Shown here piece after piece: positions 1-14,859 of a DNA stretch of 37,177 nt. This stretch comes from Paramecium tetraurelia (Eukaryota). The position numbers were made by a program, and so were the translations under genes. The notes under the pieces are model-generated. The model ran no database searches, was not told the DNA's origin, and saw nothing but the letters and a program-made list of their open reading frames with translations. Numbering within the stretch: position 1 is the first letter of the stretch; each line of letters begins with the position of its first letter. Where the stretch lies: the NCBI GenBank assembly GCA_000165425.1, contig CT868048.1:186001-223177 (forward strand), given 5' to 3'.

Positions 1-314
1 TCATAAAGTCATTCAAAGAACCTCCTGCTGCATATTCCATCACCAAATACTGGCAATTCCCTTGTTTAAAATACTATAACTATAATAAAATGTTAAAACC
101 TAATATAATTTGATAATGTTTTTGTGCTTGAGACTTTCCATAATTGATGTTTCTTAAATTTATGCACCTTGCATGAACTAAACTATTTAACTAATCATAC
201 CTTGATTGCCACTTCTTCATCTTTATATAATCCCTTATACACTTAACCAAATGCTCCTTCCCCTATCTTTTCAATGATTCTGATGTCTTTTTCATGGAAA
301 AAATCATGTCTCAT
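1..314 (-). CDS. Protein kinase, N-terminal part (runs off the window start)
   Basis: Ciliate-code translation from ATG 314: MRHDFFHEKDIRIIEKIGEGAFGQVYKGLYKDEEVAIK (GxGxxG loop, VAIK lysine), then a 23-nt GT..AG intron and ...SLKHKNIIKL. Confidence 0.9.
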
Positions 315-497
315 ATTTTTAATTATTATTTAATTGATCAATCTCAACTCCTCAATTCTTATTATATGATTCATTACATTACAACTTGTATTCAAAATTC
401 TAATATTAATATAGAAAATATACAAGATTCATCAAAATTCAATTCCAAATTAAGAACAATCCAATTAGGGATAATTTAATTTAACAATTATTACGTA

Positions 498-1055
498 ATG
501 AAAAACATACTCAGCAGTTTCCCACCCTTTATAAACAGGAATTCTAATTTTCAAGCTGACAACATTGAGTTTAAGAAGAATCTTTTTCATTTTGAACCTC
601 TAAATATTAATACTTAACTAATAAAGCAGATAAGAATCAAAAAAGAAAGAACATTATCTCCGAATCCTATTTAGAATCCACATGCTTTAATCTTATCTAA
701 AATTAATGTCTAAAAATAAGCCTTGAAAAAAGTCAAACTCAAATCAAGCATAGATTACAGAGCTTTGCAAGAATTAGATTTTAATGCTTAGCTCTAATTT
801 TTATAACCAACATCCTTTATTCATGCTTCTACCAATAGAAGCCATATGAAAGACATTAATTTATTGAGAAGATAGAAATGTAGAGATAAAGTCTAATTTT
901 GCAATTAAAAAATTGAAACTGAAAGGAAAATTCAGTCAAAATTTTGCTTGTGTTTACCGAAACTTCACAATAGTTTAGACATAAATTAATCAAGAGACTC
1001 TCTCAATAGTTGGACTATGAATAGCACTTTCGGTTTATTCTAAGTTATTAGTTGA
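498..1055 (+). CDS. Hypothetical protein (185 aa, intronless)
   Basis: ATG 498 to TGA 1053-1055 is open for 186 codons when TAA/TAG = Gln (MKNILSSFPPFINRNSNF...SLNSWTMNSTFGLFQVIS*). No recognisable domain. Confidence 0.7.
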
Positions 1056-1142
1056 TTAAATTAATTTAAATAAAATAACAAAGTAACAAATTGAAAAATT
1101 TCTATTTATTTAAATTGATTAGATCTGTATAATTCATGGTTA

Positions 1143-3500
<2,358 letters not shown>

Positions 3501-4480
3501 TTCTATTATCAGTAATGAAATATATATATTTTTATATTTAAATGAATTATCAAGTAAGTTTTACAATACTTTTCATTAAAATTTTATATCTATATATGAA
3601 CCAAATGAAAAAAGCAGTAAAAATCAAAGGCAAATATTCTTAATCTGTTTGAACTATATGATTAAATGAGATTGATTATAATAAAATACAAATATAGATC
3701 CTTATTCAAGAATATCTAATAAGATTCAATAGCGAGTTTAATAAAGTAATAAATATATTATTTTATATGATTTTTCATTATTTAAGTTATTTGAGGCTAT
3801 TTTCTACAGATTTTGGACTAACGGTTTTTAAGTTATTTTGAAATGAGATCACAGTTGCCTAAACAATAGATTCCTACAAATTCGTATACTAAATCTGGTA
3901 TACATTATCAAAATAAAGTTCTCATTTTGTTTAAATAAATTTTAAGAATGTTGGTAGAGGGAAAAATTCAATTGTGGGAAAAAGTTTGGGAACTCTGACC
4001 TAATATTATTCATAACAATATATTTTTCAATGAAAAATATTTGAATACTATATGATTTTTGAATTTTCATAAGAAATAAGATCTAAATATGATATAATAT
4101 TCTCAAACTCTACAATAAAGCTAAATAAAAGGATTATAGCTACGTTAAATAGATGACACAATTATTTAAACTCTTTTCTAAAATGGAATCTTTATGAAAG
4201 TAAATTAAAATATGATTCTTATTACTTACTTTCACTATTGAGTTAGAAATATCTGCGTTATAAAATCAAATAAAGCTTTGGAGAAAGTTGAATGAAAAGT
4301 TGACTTATAGCATTTAAAATAACATTGTAATCATTTACAATTATATTAAAATTTTCATATGGAGTAATTTTTTTAGCATTTTCAGAATCGTTTTCTAATT
4401 TGCATTCAAATTGATTAATTTACATTTATTTATTAATTCAGAAAATATAATTATTTTTAAACAAATTTTATAATAAATAA

Positions 4481-4896
4481 ATGCTTTGCTGCAATAAAAG
4501 AAAGAAGAAATTAGATGATGGAATCTAAGTAATAAGGAGGACCAAATTAGAAATAGTAATAAATTTTTTAAATTATGATAGTAATAAACCTAAGACATTA
4601 ATGATGAAGCTATGACATTGTATTAAACTTAAAATTTCTTTAATAACTCGAATATATTTCACAATACCAATGATCTCTCAAGTTAAAGGTAATAATAACT
4701 ACATTTTAGATTCAGAACAGGCTCTAATATTAAAGAAAGTCGATCTGTTGATAAATTAATATAGAATCTTCCAAGTCTTAGTCCTCGATAGACTTCATTT
4801 AAAAGTTTTAAATATTGCCATACGAGTCCTGATACCAAATTCATTTCTTAGAAGCAAGGGTTTACCTTATTAATAACAAAATCCCCTAAGAAGTGA
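4481..4896 (+). CDS. Small hypothetical protein with N-terminal CC + basic motif (2 introns)
   Basis: Starts MLCCNKRKKKLDDG. The frame is restored by two short GT..AG introns (~4556-4581, ~4689-4709) and ends ...LLITKSPKK* at TGA 4894-4896. Confidence 0.7.
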
Positions 4897-5784
4897 ATTA
4901 CTTTAAGTTAAAGAACCTTTTTGATATCATGTTTAATTCTTATATATACCCAATAATTAACTAGTAATTACTTCTATTCTTATTGGAACGCCAAGTTCCA
5001 AAGATCTAATTCTATCTATAAAATTATAGAACATCATTCAACTGAAACAATAAATGAAATTTAAGTTTTTTTGTATTCATTCGCCTCAATTCACTTAAAG
5101 AAAGAGATATATGTTAAATTTAATAAATAATTAATAATCAACCTTGGGATTATTTCCTTTTAAATTGATTTCTAAGTAGAAATAATAACTTCCATTAAAC
5201 TCTTAAGACATATGTTAAATCATGTAAATATTTATAGAATGAGATCTCAAAGAGAATGATATCAAGAATAAAGGGGTTCGTAATGGAACTAAATTAAAAA
5301 TTGTATTTTAGAATTAATTGTACTTATTTTTATCACATTTTTTAATTTATCTTTTCTACACTGCATTCTCTTTACAACAATCATGAACAAATTTAGAATT
5401 AAAGTAAAATATCTATTTCTTATAAAAATTAAAAGCGGTAGAATTTTAGCTCTTATGATTTATTACAAATAAATTTATATGGTATTGGTAATTTTATGTA
5501 TTTATAATTTTACTATGTGAATCCAACATCTTAATTTATTCTAGAAGGTAGATTCAAAGGTTGATTATGTAAAGGTAATACATAAATAACAAAATTTTAT
5601 TTTAAAGCAGCAATAAAGAGTAACTTAAATTAATAATCTTTAAATATATTTTTACAAAGAAAATAATCATATCAAACAATTTAATTAAAATCTGTTCAAA
5701 ATATAATAGGAAGGTTTAACAAAATATTTAGTTTATAATAAATATTTCAGATATTATTAAAAAAGCCTTAATAATATCTTAATT

Positions 5785-6314
5785 ATGTTAACTTATACCT
5801 ATAATCATGAATCTTCGAACAATCACCAGGAATTATCCTTAGCTAATGTAAGCCTTAAATAAATTTTTGCAAGCAACAATTGATTCTGTAAGCATTATCT
5901 AGTATGCCAATGCAATTATAATAGAAGGAAAAATCACTTTAAATTGAGAATACAAAATTAAAAAGCGAAAATATAGAACTCTAATCACAGCTCAATAAGA
6001 TAGAGAATAAATAATAGGAATTAATAAATGAAGTAAAAACATTATAATCATTTTAGATTTAGGATCTTAAATAGTTGGTGAAAAGAGTTTACTAAGAAGG
6101 AGAGGTTTAGATATAGTATTAGAAATAAAAAAATGTACTATTTTTTAATAATCCCTAGCAACAATTAAAATATAAAAATGAGAGTTTGACAAAGGCTTTA
6201 TTAAATCTGTAAAATAATTTAGAAACCTTCGCATAATTGAAAAATTTATCCAGATATATTGATGACTTTGAGATTTCTAGAAATAGTGTAATGGAAGACT
6301 CTTATATTTAATGA
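5785..6314 (+). CDS. Small coiled-coil protein (1-3 introns)
   Basis: MLTYTYNHESSNNHQELSLAN [26-nt intron] QQLILQALSSMPMQLQQKEKSLQIENTKLKSENIELQSQLNKIE...; heptad L/E/K/Q pattern; TGA 6312-6314. Confidence 0.75.
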
Positions 6315-6514
6315 TTATTATGTAATAATGAATATCGTTTTATTCTACATTCTATGATCCAATAAGTCAATATTCTAATTATAAAAACTTATTCTAATTA
6401 TTAATCTAAAAAACAATTATACATTATAAATCTGAATTTTGTTTAATCCACATCATATTTAGAGTTAATTTTTAATTATACTAATAAAATTGAATAAGAA
6501 AAAAAAGATAAGAC

Positions 6515-7024
6515 ATGTGTGAAAATTATTGTAGAATGCAATTGTTGTATCAACTTAGATAAAGAAAGATAATGGAACATAATTAATAAATTAATATTTA
6601 CGATAGGATAAAGAAGAGAACTTCGAATCAAAAAAATTATTAATAAGAATTGTCGTTTAGTGAGTCTTTAGAAAAGGAATCTTTTTTTCCTATCATAATT
6701 CGAAAATCCCCTTAAGAGTGTAAGGAATAAATTTAAAGCATAAATACTGGTAACAATAGGAGTGTACCTTAAAATAAAATCAAATTAAATTCTAAGCTAA
6801 CAAATAATAATCGATCTATCTCAGTAAATAGAAAAGCTTTTCCTTTTTATGACAAAAGTATCAATTATGAACAATTTAGTACAAAATTAGATAAAGAAAA
6901 AAAAACAATTGTTGTTTTCTCTTAAAGAGAAAACCCTTTAAAAAATGATTATATCTATAGATTTTGTAAAAGGGACTCTTTCTCAAGTTAATCTAGAAGG
7001 AGCAATTATAATATTTATTTTTGA
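6515..7024 (+). CDS. Hypothetical protein (169 aa, intronless)
   Basis: ATG 6515 (in-frame TGA just upstream) to TGA 7022-7024, 170 codons open in the ciliate code: MCENYCRMQLLYQLRQRK... Confidence 0.7.
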
Positions 7025-7096
7025 TCAACATATAATCAATTTAAAAATATATATGTATGTGTATAAGAATTAACTATTAATAATAGATCTGATTGA

Positions 7097-7696
7097 TCAA
7101 AAGTAGAACACGATCATCATGATTAAACACAAAATCAATAAATACAAAATGGCCTTTAGTTTTCTCACATTCGCTATTTCAACAGTTGCCTCATCTACAA
7201 TAATGGTATTAATTACTTTCATGTCTTTCATCTTTTTCTATATCACCATCTTTAATACAAATTAGATTAAAAAGAGATGGAAATAACCCATAACCAGCAA
7301 TCATGGCTCCATTCGCCAAATTATTTTGCCCAAGTTAATTGGTGTTTCGAACGGGATCGTTTCTCCCTGGCTTAGGTCTTGGCGGAATATTAGGATCACG
7401 AGGTTTGCTAATTATTAAAATTAAAATACTTAGTTTTAGTTTCATCTTTAGAATATAAAGGAATTAAAGAATTCTTAGAACAACCATTCTTGCAAACGGG
7501 GCATGTTAGAAATTCTTGATTTGAATTAAGCCACTAATTATGTTATTTTTATTATAAATACACTATATATACAAGGCCAGCAAAATAGATGTCCACAATT
7601 TGTTAAGATTGGCTCTGTGGCTATCTCTAAACATATGTTGCATTCAAATGCTGATTCAATTAATTATAATTTTGAGTCTTCCTCTTATTTACTCAT
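7097..7696 (-). CDS. C3HC4 RING E3 ubiquitin ligase, RNF5/RNF185/RMA1 type, with C-terminal membrane anchor (3 introns)
   Basis: [31 protein letters not shown]...TCPVCK...LIPLY...DPNIPPRP...GYGLFPSLF and a hydrophobic tail [17 protein letters not shown]. Confidence 0.93.
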
Positions 7697-8186
7697 CAAT
7701 TAAATAATATAAATATATTATTCTTGTAAATAAAAATTTTAGTTTTATGCTGTCATTCTTGAGGAAAGTTTTGATAACTAATTTAATCATCTATCAAATG
7801 TTTTGACTTCTAATATTTCTTTTTTGAAAGAAGTAATTTATAACTTTCATGATAAAAGAAAAATTGATAAAATAAACATTTTATTCATTAAGGAATCTAA
7901 AAATATGAAGAGGAAAGATATCTTTATCTATTAGTAGGAGAGGACAAATTTTTCAATTAGCATATTTACTATAAAAACAAATCAAGTTAAAAAATGAATT
8001 AATTTAGGTTTGATGGCTGAAATCAAAGAGGAAACAATTCATTTATATATTTCACCTAAAATCCAAGACTATTTCATTCTAAATTATACCATAATCTTGT
8101 CAAAAATAAATAAGAAAATCTAAAAAAATTATCTAAATACATTTGAATCAGAAGTTCTAAAGAAGAATTTGGCTCCATGATGAAAA

Positions 8187-9052
8187 NNNNNNNNNNNNNN
8201 NNNNNNNNNNNNNNNNNNNNNNNNNNNNNNNNNNNNNNNNNNNNNNNNNNNNNNNNNNNNNNNNNNNNNNNNNNNNNNNNNNNNNNNNNNNNNNNNNNNN
8301 NNNNNNNNNNNNNNNNNNNNNNNNNNNNNNNNNNNNNNNNNNNNNNNNNNNNNNNNNNNNNNNNNNNNNNNNNNNNNNNNNNNNNNNNNNNNNNNNNNNN
8401 NNNNNNNNNNNNNNNNNNNNNNNNNNNNNNNNNNNNNNNNNNNNNNNNNNNNNNNNNNNNNNNNNNNNNNNNNNNNNNNNNNNNNNNNNNNNNNNNNNNN
8501 NNNNNNNNNNNNNNNNNNNNNNNNNNNNNNNNNNNNNNNNNNNNNNNNNNNNNNNNNNNNNNNNNNNNNNNNNNNNNNNNNNNNNNNNNNNNNNNNNNNN
8601 NNNNNNNNNNNNNNNNNNNNNNNNNNNNNNNNNNNNNNNNNNNNNNNNNNNNNNNNNNNNNNNNNNNNNNNNNNNNNNNNNNNNNNNNNNNNNNNNNNNN
8701 NNNNNNNNNNNNNNNNNNNNNNNNNNNNNNNNNNNNNNNNNNNNNNNNNNNNNNNNNNNNNNNNNNNNNNNNNNNNNNNNNNNNNNNNNNNNNNNNNNNN
8801 NNNNNNNNNNNNNNNNNNNNNNNNNNNNNNNNNNNNNNNNNNNNNNNNNNNNNNNNNNNNNNNNNNNNNNNNNNNNNNNNNNNNNNNNNNNNNNNNNNNN
8901 NNNNNNNNNNNNNNNNNNNNNNNNNNNNNNNNNNNNNNNNNNNNNNNNNNNNNNNNNNNNNNNNNNNNNNNNNNNNNNNNNNNNNNNNNNNNNNNNNNNN
9001 NNNNNNNNNNNNNNNNNNNNNNNNNNNNNNNNNNNNNNNNNNNNNNNNNNNN
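8187..9052. other. Assembly gap (866 N)
   Basis: Run of N. Confidence 1.
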
Positions 9053-9267
9053 AAATATTATCATCACTTTTCTTTATTTATTATCTAAAGTATATTATCA
9101 GAATGAATATTAGATTAGGTTGATTGTAAAACTTAAACACCAAAGGAATTGATTTGAGACGACTTGACCATTTTGCTCCCCTTTCTCTTCTTAATACTAT
9201 AAATTATAACATAATTAAACTAGAATTTTTAGTAAATCAAATTTAATTCTTAATAATTCAAGAGTGA

Positions 9268-12200
9268 ATGCGCCCCAAGACGATAGAAGAGCAATATAAA
9301 AAAATGAGCCATATTGAACATATCCTAAATAGGCCTGACACTTATATTGGAAGTGTTCAAAAAATGAATGAGCTGATGTGGATTGTGAAAAATGGAAAAA
9401 TGATTCAAAAGGAAATCGAATACGTGCCTGCGTTTTTCAAGATATTCGACGACATCTTAGTGAATGCTGCAGATAATATTCAAAGAAATAACTAAACTTA
9501 CAAAATGAGTTCATTAAGAGTAGAAATTGGAAACTAAATTTCTGTAAAAAATGATGGTTAACCAATACCTGTTGAGATACACAAAGAGTATCAACTTTAT
9601 GTCCCTGAATTGATATTTGGAGTATCTTTGACGGGAAGCAACTTTGATGACACAGAGAAAAGAGTAGTTGGAGGAAGGAATGGTTATGGAGCAAAATTGA
9701 CTAATGTTTACTCAAGTGAATTTTCAGTTGAAGTTTGTGACGGAAGCAATTATTTAAAATAGGTTTGGAGCAATAATATGAGTAATAAGTAGATACCAAT
9801 AATCAAATAGATGAAAAAAGATCCGTTTGTGTAAATAACCTACAAGCCAGATTTTAAAAGATTTGGGATGAATGAAATTGAGGAGGATACATAAGCGTTA
9901 TTAGTAAGAAGAGTTTATGATATGGCAGGAATATATGGAAATAGGATAAATGTATATTTAAATGATGAGAAAATACCAATCAATTCATTTCAGAAATATG
10001 TTGATTTGTATTTGCCTAGTAATTCAATAAAAATTTATGACAAGGAGATGACAACTCCAAGATGGGAAGTAGTTGTAAGTTATTCTGCCACTCAATTTCA
10101 ACATGTATCATTTGTTAATTCAATTTTCACTTCAAAGGGTGGAACTCATGTGACTCATGTGACTGATAAACTAATTTAGGAAATTCAGAATGAAATGAAA
10201 AGCAATAAAAAATACAAGCATTTAGAAGTGCAAAAATATTAGATCAAATAATCATTATGGATATTTGTAAATTGTTTAATTAATAATCCAACATTTGATT
10301 CTCAGACAAAAGAGAATTTAACAACAAGGGTTACTGACTTTGGTGGAACTGATGAAGAAAAATTTAAGGTTACTGAGAAATTCTCTAAAGCACTCATTAA
10401 GACAGATATTATTGAAACTATATTCCAATAAGCAAAAGCAAAAGCAGATGCTAAATTAAATAAATAATTAAAAGGTACTAAGACAAGTAAACTACATGGA
10501 ATTGAGAAATTGGATGATGCTAATGATGCTGGAAAAAAGAATTCAGAATTCTGTACTTTGATATTGACAGAAGGAGATTCAGCAAAAGCCTTGGCTATGG
10601 CTGGAATAGACATTGTTGGAAGAGATAGGTATGGAGTATTTCCGTTAAAGGGAAAATTATTAAATGTGAGAGAAGCGTCAGTCAAACAAATAATGGATAA
10701 TGAAGAAATCTAAAATTTGATTAAAATTATTGGATTACAGAAAGATAGAGAATATGGTGATTTAAAATCTTTAAGATATGGTTCAGTCATGATTATGACA
10801 GATTAAGATATTGACGGGTCACATATCAAAGGATTAATCATTAACTTTATACATCATTTTTGGCCTTCACTCCTAAAATACAAAGGGTTTCTAAAGGAAT
10901 TTGTTACTCCTTTAATCAAAGCAACTAAAGGAAATCAAACAATTCCTTTTTTCACTGTTTAAGATTTTAATAAGTTTGCTTAAATTCAAGATATTAAGAG
11001 TTGGAAGATAAAGTATTACAAAGGTTTAGGTACATCTGATGATTTAGAAGCATAAGAGTACTTCAGAAATTTGATTAGCCATACAATTTAATTTAGATAC
11101 GATAATGAGGAAGATGATTAATCGATTGATTTATGTTTTAATAAAAAGAAAGCTAATGATAGAAAGTAATGGCTGGCACAATATAATCATGATTTATATG
11201 TTGATCACACACAAAAAGAGCTAGGATATTAAGATTTTATACATAAAGAACTGATTCATTTTTCAATGGCTGATAATATTAGATCTATTCCTTCACTGAT
11301 GGATGGACTTAAACCTGGTTAACGAAAGGTTTTGTTCGCGTGCTTCAAAAGAAATCTCAAACAAGAAATTAAAGTGGTTTAATTAGGGGGATATATTGCG
11401 GAACATTCTGCATATCATCATGGTGATATATCTTTGGTAACTACAATTATTGGTATGGCTTAAAATTTTGTAGGATCAAATAATATCAATCTTTTACTAC
11501 CAAGAGGTTAATTTGGTAGTAGAGCTATGGGAGGAAAGGATCATGCTTCTGCGAGATACATTTCAACTGTACTAAATAAAATTACAAGATATATATTCCC
11601 AGAATAAGATGACCACGTTGTGAAATATATTGAGGATGATGGAGAAATGGTTGAGCCTGAATACTATGTTCCTATAATTCCAATGAGTCTAGTAAATGGA
11701 GCTGAAGGTATTGGAACAGGTTGGTCAACTTCTATTTAAAACTATAATCCTGTAGAACTAGTTGAATAGATTAAAAAAAGACTGAATGGAGAATAGTTTG
11801 ATAATCTTACTCCATATTACAGAAATTTTGATGGTAATATAGAAACATAACCAAATGGAAATAGTCTTGTTAAAGGAATAATAGAGTGCAATGAGGAGAC
11901 TGATATTGTGACAATCAAAGAATTACCAATTAAAAAGTGGACTAAGAATTATAAAGAATGGTTGGATAAAGAAATATCTTAAGAAGGTAATCCTATTATG
12001 GATTTGAGAGAGTATCATACTAAATACAAAATCCATTTTGAAATATAAATGACCGAGGGATATGTAAGTCAATTAAAGAATCCTTATGAATACTTCAAAT
12101 TAGTAACCCCTTTCTCTAATAACAATATGGTGTTATTTGATGGTTAAAATAAAATAAAGAAATTTGAATCAATAGCGGAAATATTGGAAGAATTCTATTA

Positions 12201-12966
12201 GGTCAGATTACAATTTTATTAGAAACGAAAGGATTATCTTCTTTCAAAACTAGACAGAGAAGTTTAATTGCTTCACAATAAATCAAGATTCATTAAAATG
12301 GTTATATCTGAAGAAATTCGTTTGAAAAATGTAAAAAAAGCAGACCTAGTTTAATAGTTAGATAAAAATTAATTTACAAGATTCTCCTAATTAATAACTG
12401 TAAATTCCACGAAAATGCAAGCATTTGGTGATTCTAAAAATCCTAAAAAGAATGTGGACGATAATGATACATCAGAAGCTTCTGATGATGAATAGGTCAG
12501 TAAGAAAAAACCAGAAAATACTGAAAATCAATAGAACAATAAAACAACACTTGATATAAGCGATTATAACTATCTTCTATCAATGCCTCTATTTTCTCTG
12601 ACTAATGAAAAGGTACTAAAATTAGAAGATGAACTAAATTCTAAGCTTTAGGCTAAAAATAAATTATTCACTAAAGAAATTGCTGCTATGTGGATTGAAG
12701 ATTTAAATAAATTCTTAGAAGTCTATGATGAAATGGTAAATATAGAAAGCAAACTAATTAATTAAGCAGAAAAACTTCCAAAAGATTAAAAAAAGAAAAA
12801 TGTGAAAAAGAAGAATGTCTAAGATGGAATGCAAATTGAATAAGAAGGAAAGAAAAAGGTTAATAAGAAATCGAATTAAAATGAGAAACAAAATGAAAAT
12901 AGTCCAAAAAACTAATCCAACAGAAAGATCAGAAGTTTAAAGGAGAATAAAAGTTAAGAAAATTGA
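9268..12966 (+). CDS. TOP2: DNA topoisomerase II (type IIA), 1232 aa, intronless
   Basis: One 3699-nt frame in the ciliate code. Motifs: EHILNRPDTYIGS, LVNAADN, GGRNGYGAKLTN (GHKL ATPase); LILTEGDSA, PLKGKLLNV, IMTDQDIDGSHIKGL (TOPRIM); YYKGLGTS, RSIPSLMDGLKPGQRKV, AYHHG; active-site ASARY (Tyr codon 11557-11559); K-rich C-terminal tail. Confidence 0.98.
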
Positions 12967-13069
12967 TATAATTTATATATCGTTTAATATTTACTCATCC
13001 TAATTAGTAATGATCAATTATTATAACTCTTGATTCATATACATAAATACTATAATAAAAATACAAAGT

Positions 13070-14671
13070 TCATTTCGATTCTATTTCATAAGTTGTATAG
13101 ATTTTTTAATAGGAATCCCAAAAAGTTAAATAATTAGCATCTTTTGTCATCGACCCTTAAATCGAATTGCTATGTTATTTAACTTTCTAAACTATTTTAT
13201 ACAAACCATTATTTTATTCTCTAAGTAGATATATGTTAAATTTATGTCGAATTAGTATAATGTTTTATTCTTTATTGTAGACTATTGGAAACAGATTTAA
13301 ATCATAGAATTCATTATCATTCTCTAATTCTATAGTTTTTGATGTATTTTCGATAAATTTGCCACCTTAAAATTCAAAGATTCTTGCTTAGTTTCCACTT
13401 TATATATCACCACTTACCCAAATAAATTAATAATCTTTTAAGAAACACACTTTAGTACCATATTCATTATATGATTGTGTAATAGTATTTTAGTATTCCC
13501 AATAATTCAATTTGTTCTTTCCCCATATAATAATTTCGTTATTATCTCCACAAGAAACCAAAATAGTTTCACTAAAGTTCAATGATATGCTATTTAGACA
13601 ATATTTGCTTTAATTTAGGGTTTATTGTAATTTCAATTCATTTTTGCTAATATCAAAGTTCCAAATCTTAATTGATTTGTCTTGACTACTTGAAATCAAT
13701 TAAGTGTCATCCTTACTCAAGAGTATACACTCAATGTAATCAGTATGATCATTATATGATTCTGAAGATTTCCATGATTTAAAATTGAGTTGTTTCCAAC
13801 ATCTAATTGAGCAATCCCCGGAACCAGAAATAAAACTATTATTTGAATTAGTGAAAGTAAGACATCTTATTGTATCATTATGTCCTTTCAATTTCAAAAC
13901 TTCATTTATATTACCATTTTAGAACTCCCATAATTTAATAAATTTCCCACATCCAGAAATCATAAGAGACCCACTATTGTTAAATGAAATTGCAAAGCAA
14001 TCATCAGACTAATACGAAGTATTGTTGATTAATTTAAGATCGATATTTCCCTCTTATTTATTCTAGTTAATCTCCTTAGTTTTATAATTTATTACAAGGC
14101 TTAATATTTATTATCTTAGATTTTTGATTAAATCTTTAGAATTGTAATTAAACTATTAAATCTTATGAGTGATTTTAGTAATCCAAGATAGGTTAATATG
14201 CTAAATTTGTTTCAGAATTTATTGGTTTAAATCTTCTGTTTATTAATTCTAAATAAGTAGCTCTAACTCTTCAAAAAAACTATACATGTAGGTTTTTTGA
14301 CCTTGCTAATAAAGAAATTTGATCCATTCTTCTGAGTTTCCAATCAATTAATCTAGGGTTTAATTAAAATTTGATTTGATTTCAAACAAACTACTTTAAA
14401 TCATTTCAATTTATTCAATTGTGCTTGAAATTAAATTTTGATTGTGCTATATTAGTTTAATGTATTTATCATCAATTATTTATAGAACTTTAGTTAAACC
14501 TACCATTTTAGCATTGGATTCAAAATTTTCTAAACAATCTGAACAAAGTAGTCTCTCATTACTAGTTAATTTTGAGTCTAAGACAACCATTTGGATTGGC
14601 AACTTGTGTTTTTTTGAACATTACAGATCAACATCTTTTTCAATCATTAATGAGTTAATCAATGTACTCAT
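13070..14671 (-). CDS. WD40-repeat protein with N-terminal C-x3-H...CxxC motif and coiled coil (533 aa, intronless)
   Basis: N-terminus ...LQCSKKHKLPIQMVVLDSKLTSNERLLCSDC. WD repeats LKGHNDTIRCLTF...SGSGDCSIRCW and DHTDYIECI...SSSQDKSIKIW. Ends FWDSYQKIYTTYEIESK*. Length 1602 nt is a multiple of 3. Confidence 0.92.
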
Positions 14672-14859
14672 ATTAAAATAATTCTTAATTATTAATTATT
14701 AATTGAAATCTGATATTTTTATACTAAAATCAAAATTTGTAATGATCAGACAAATGTATATTTAAATAGAATCCACATAAAATGTTTAATTTTACATGAT
14801 GATTGTAAAACGATTTTGTTGAGATGTTTTTATTAATAACTCACATTCTTAATAATAAA

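Noticed and set aside
3760..4340. Possible gene between the CDPK7-like kinase and the 4481 gene
   Set aside because: Only short TGA-closed frames, no motif and no consistent intron model.
8129..9088. 300-aa ORFs in the supplied track (and the other X-filled ORFs)
   Set aside because: They consist of N-gap translations.
9053..9212. Minus-strand open frame from ATG 9212 running into the gap, divergent from TOP2
   Set aside because: Only ~53 codons with no motif, which is within chance length when TGA is the only stop.
9268..10713. Top2 as a fragmented pseudogene or several small ORFs
   Set aside because: The breaks are TAA/TAG Gln codons and the frame is continuous to 12966. The overlapping minus-strand ORFs are antisense shadows.
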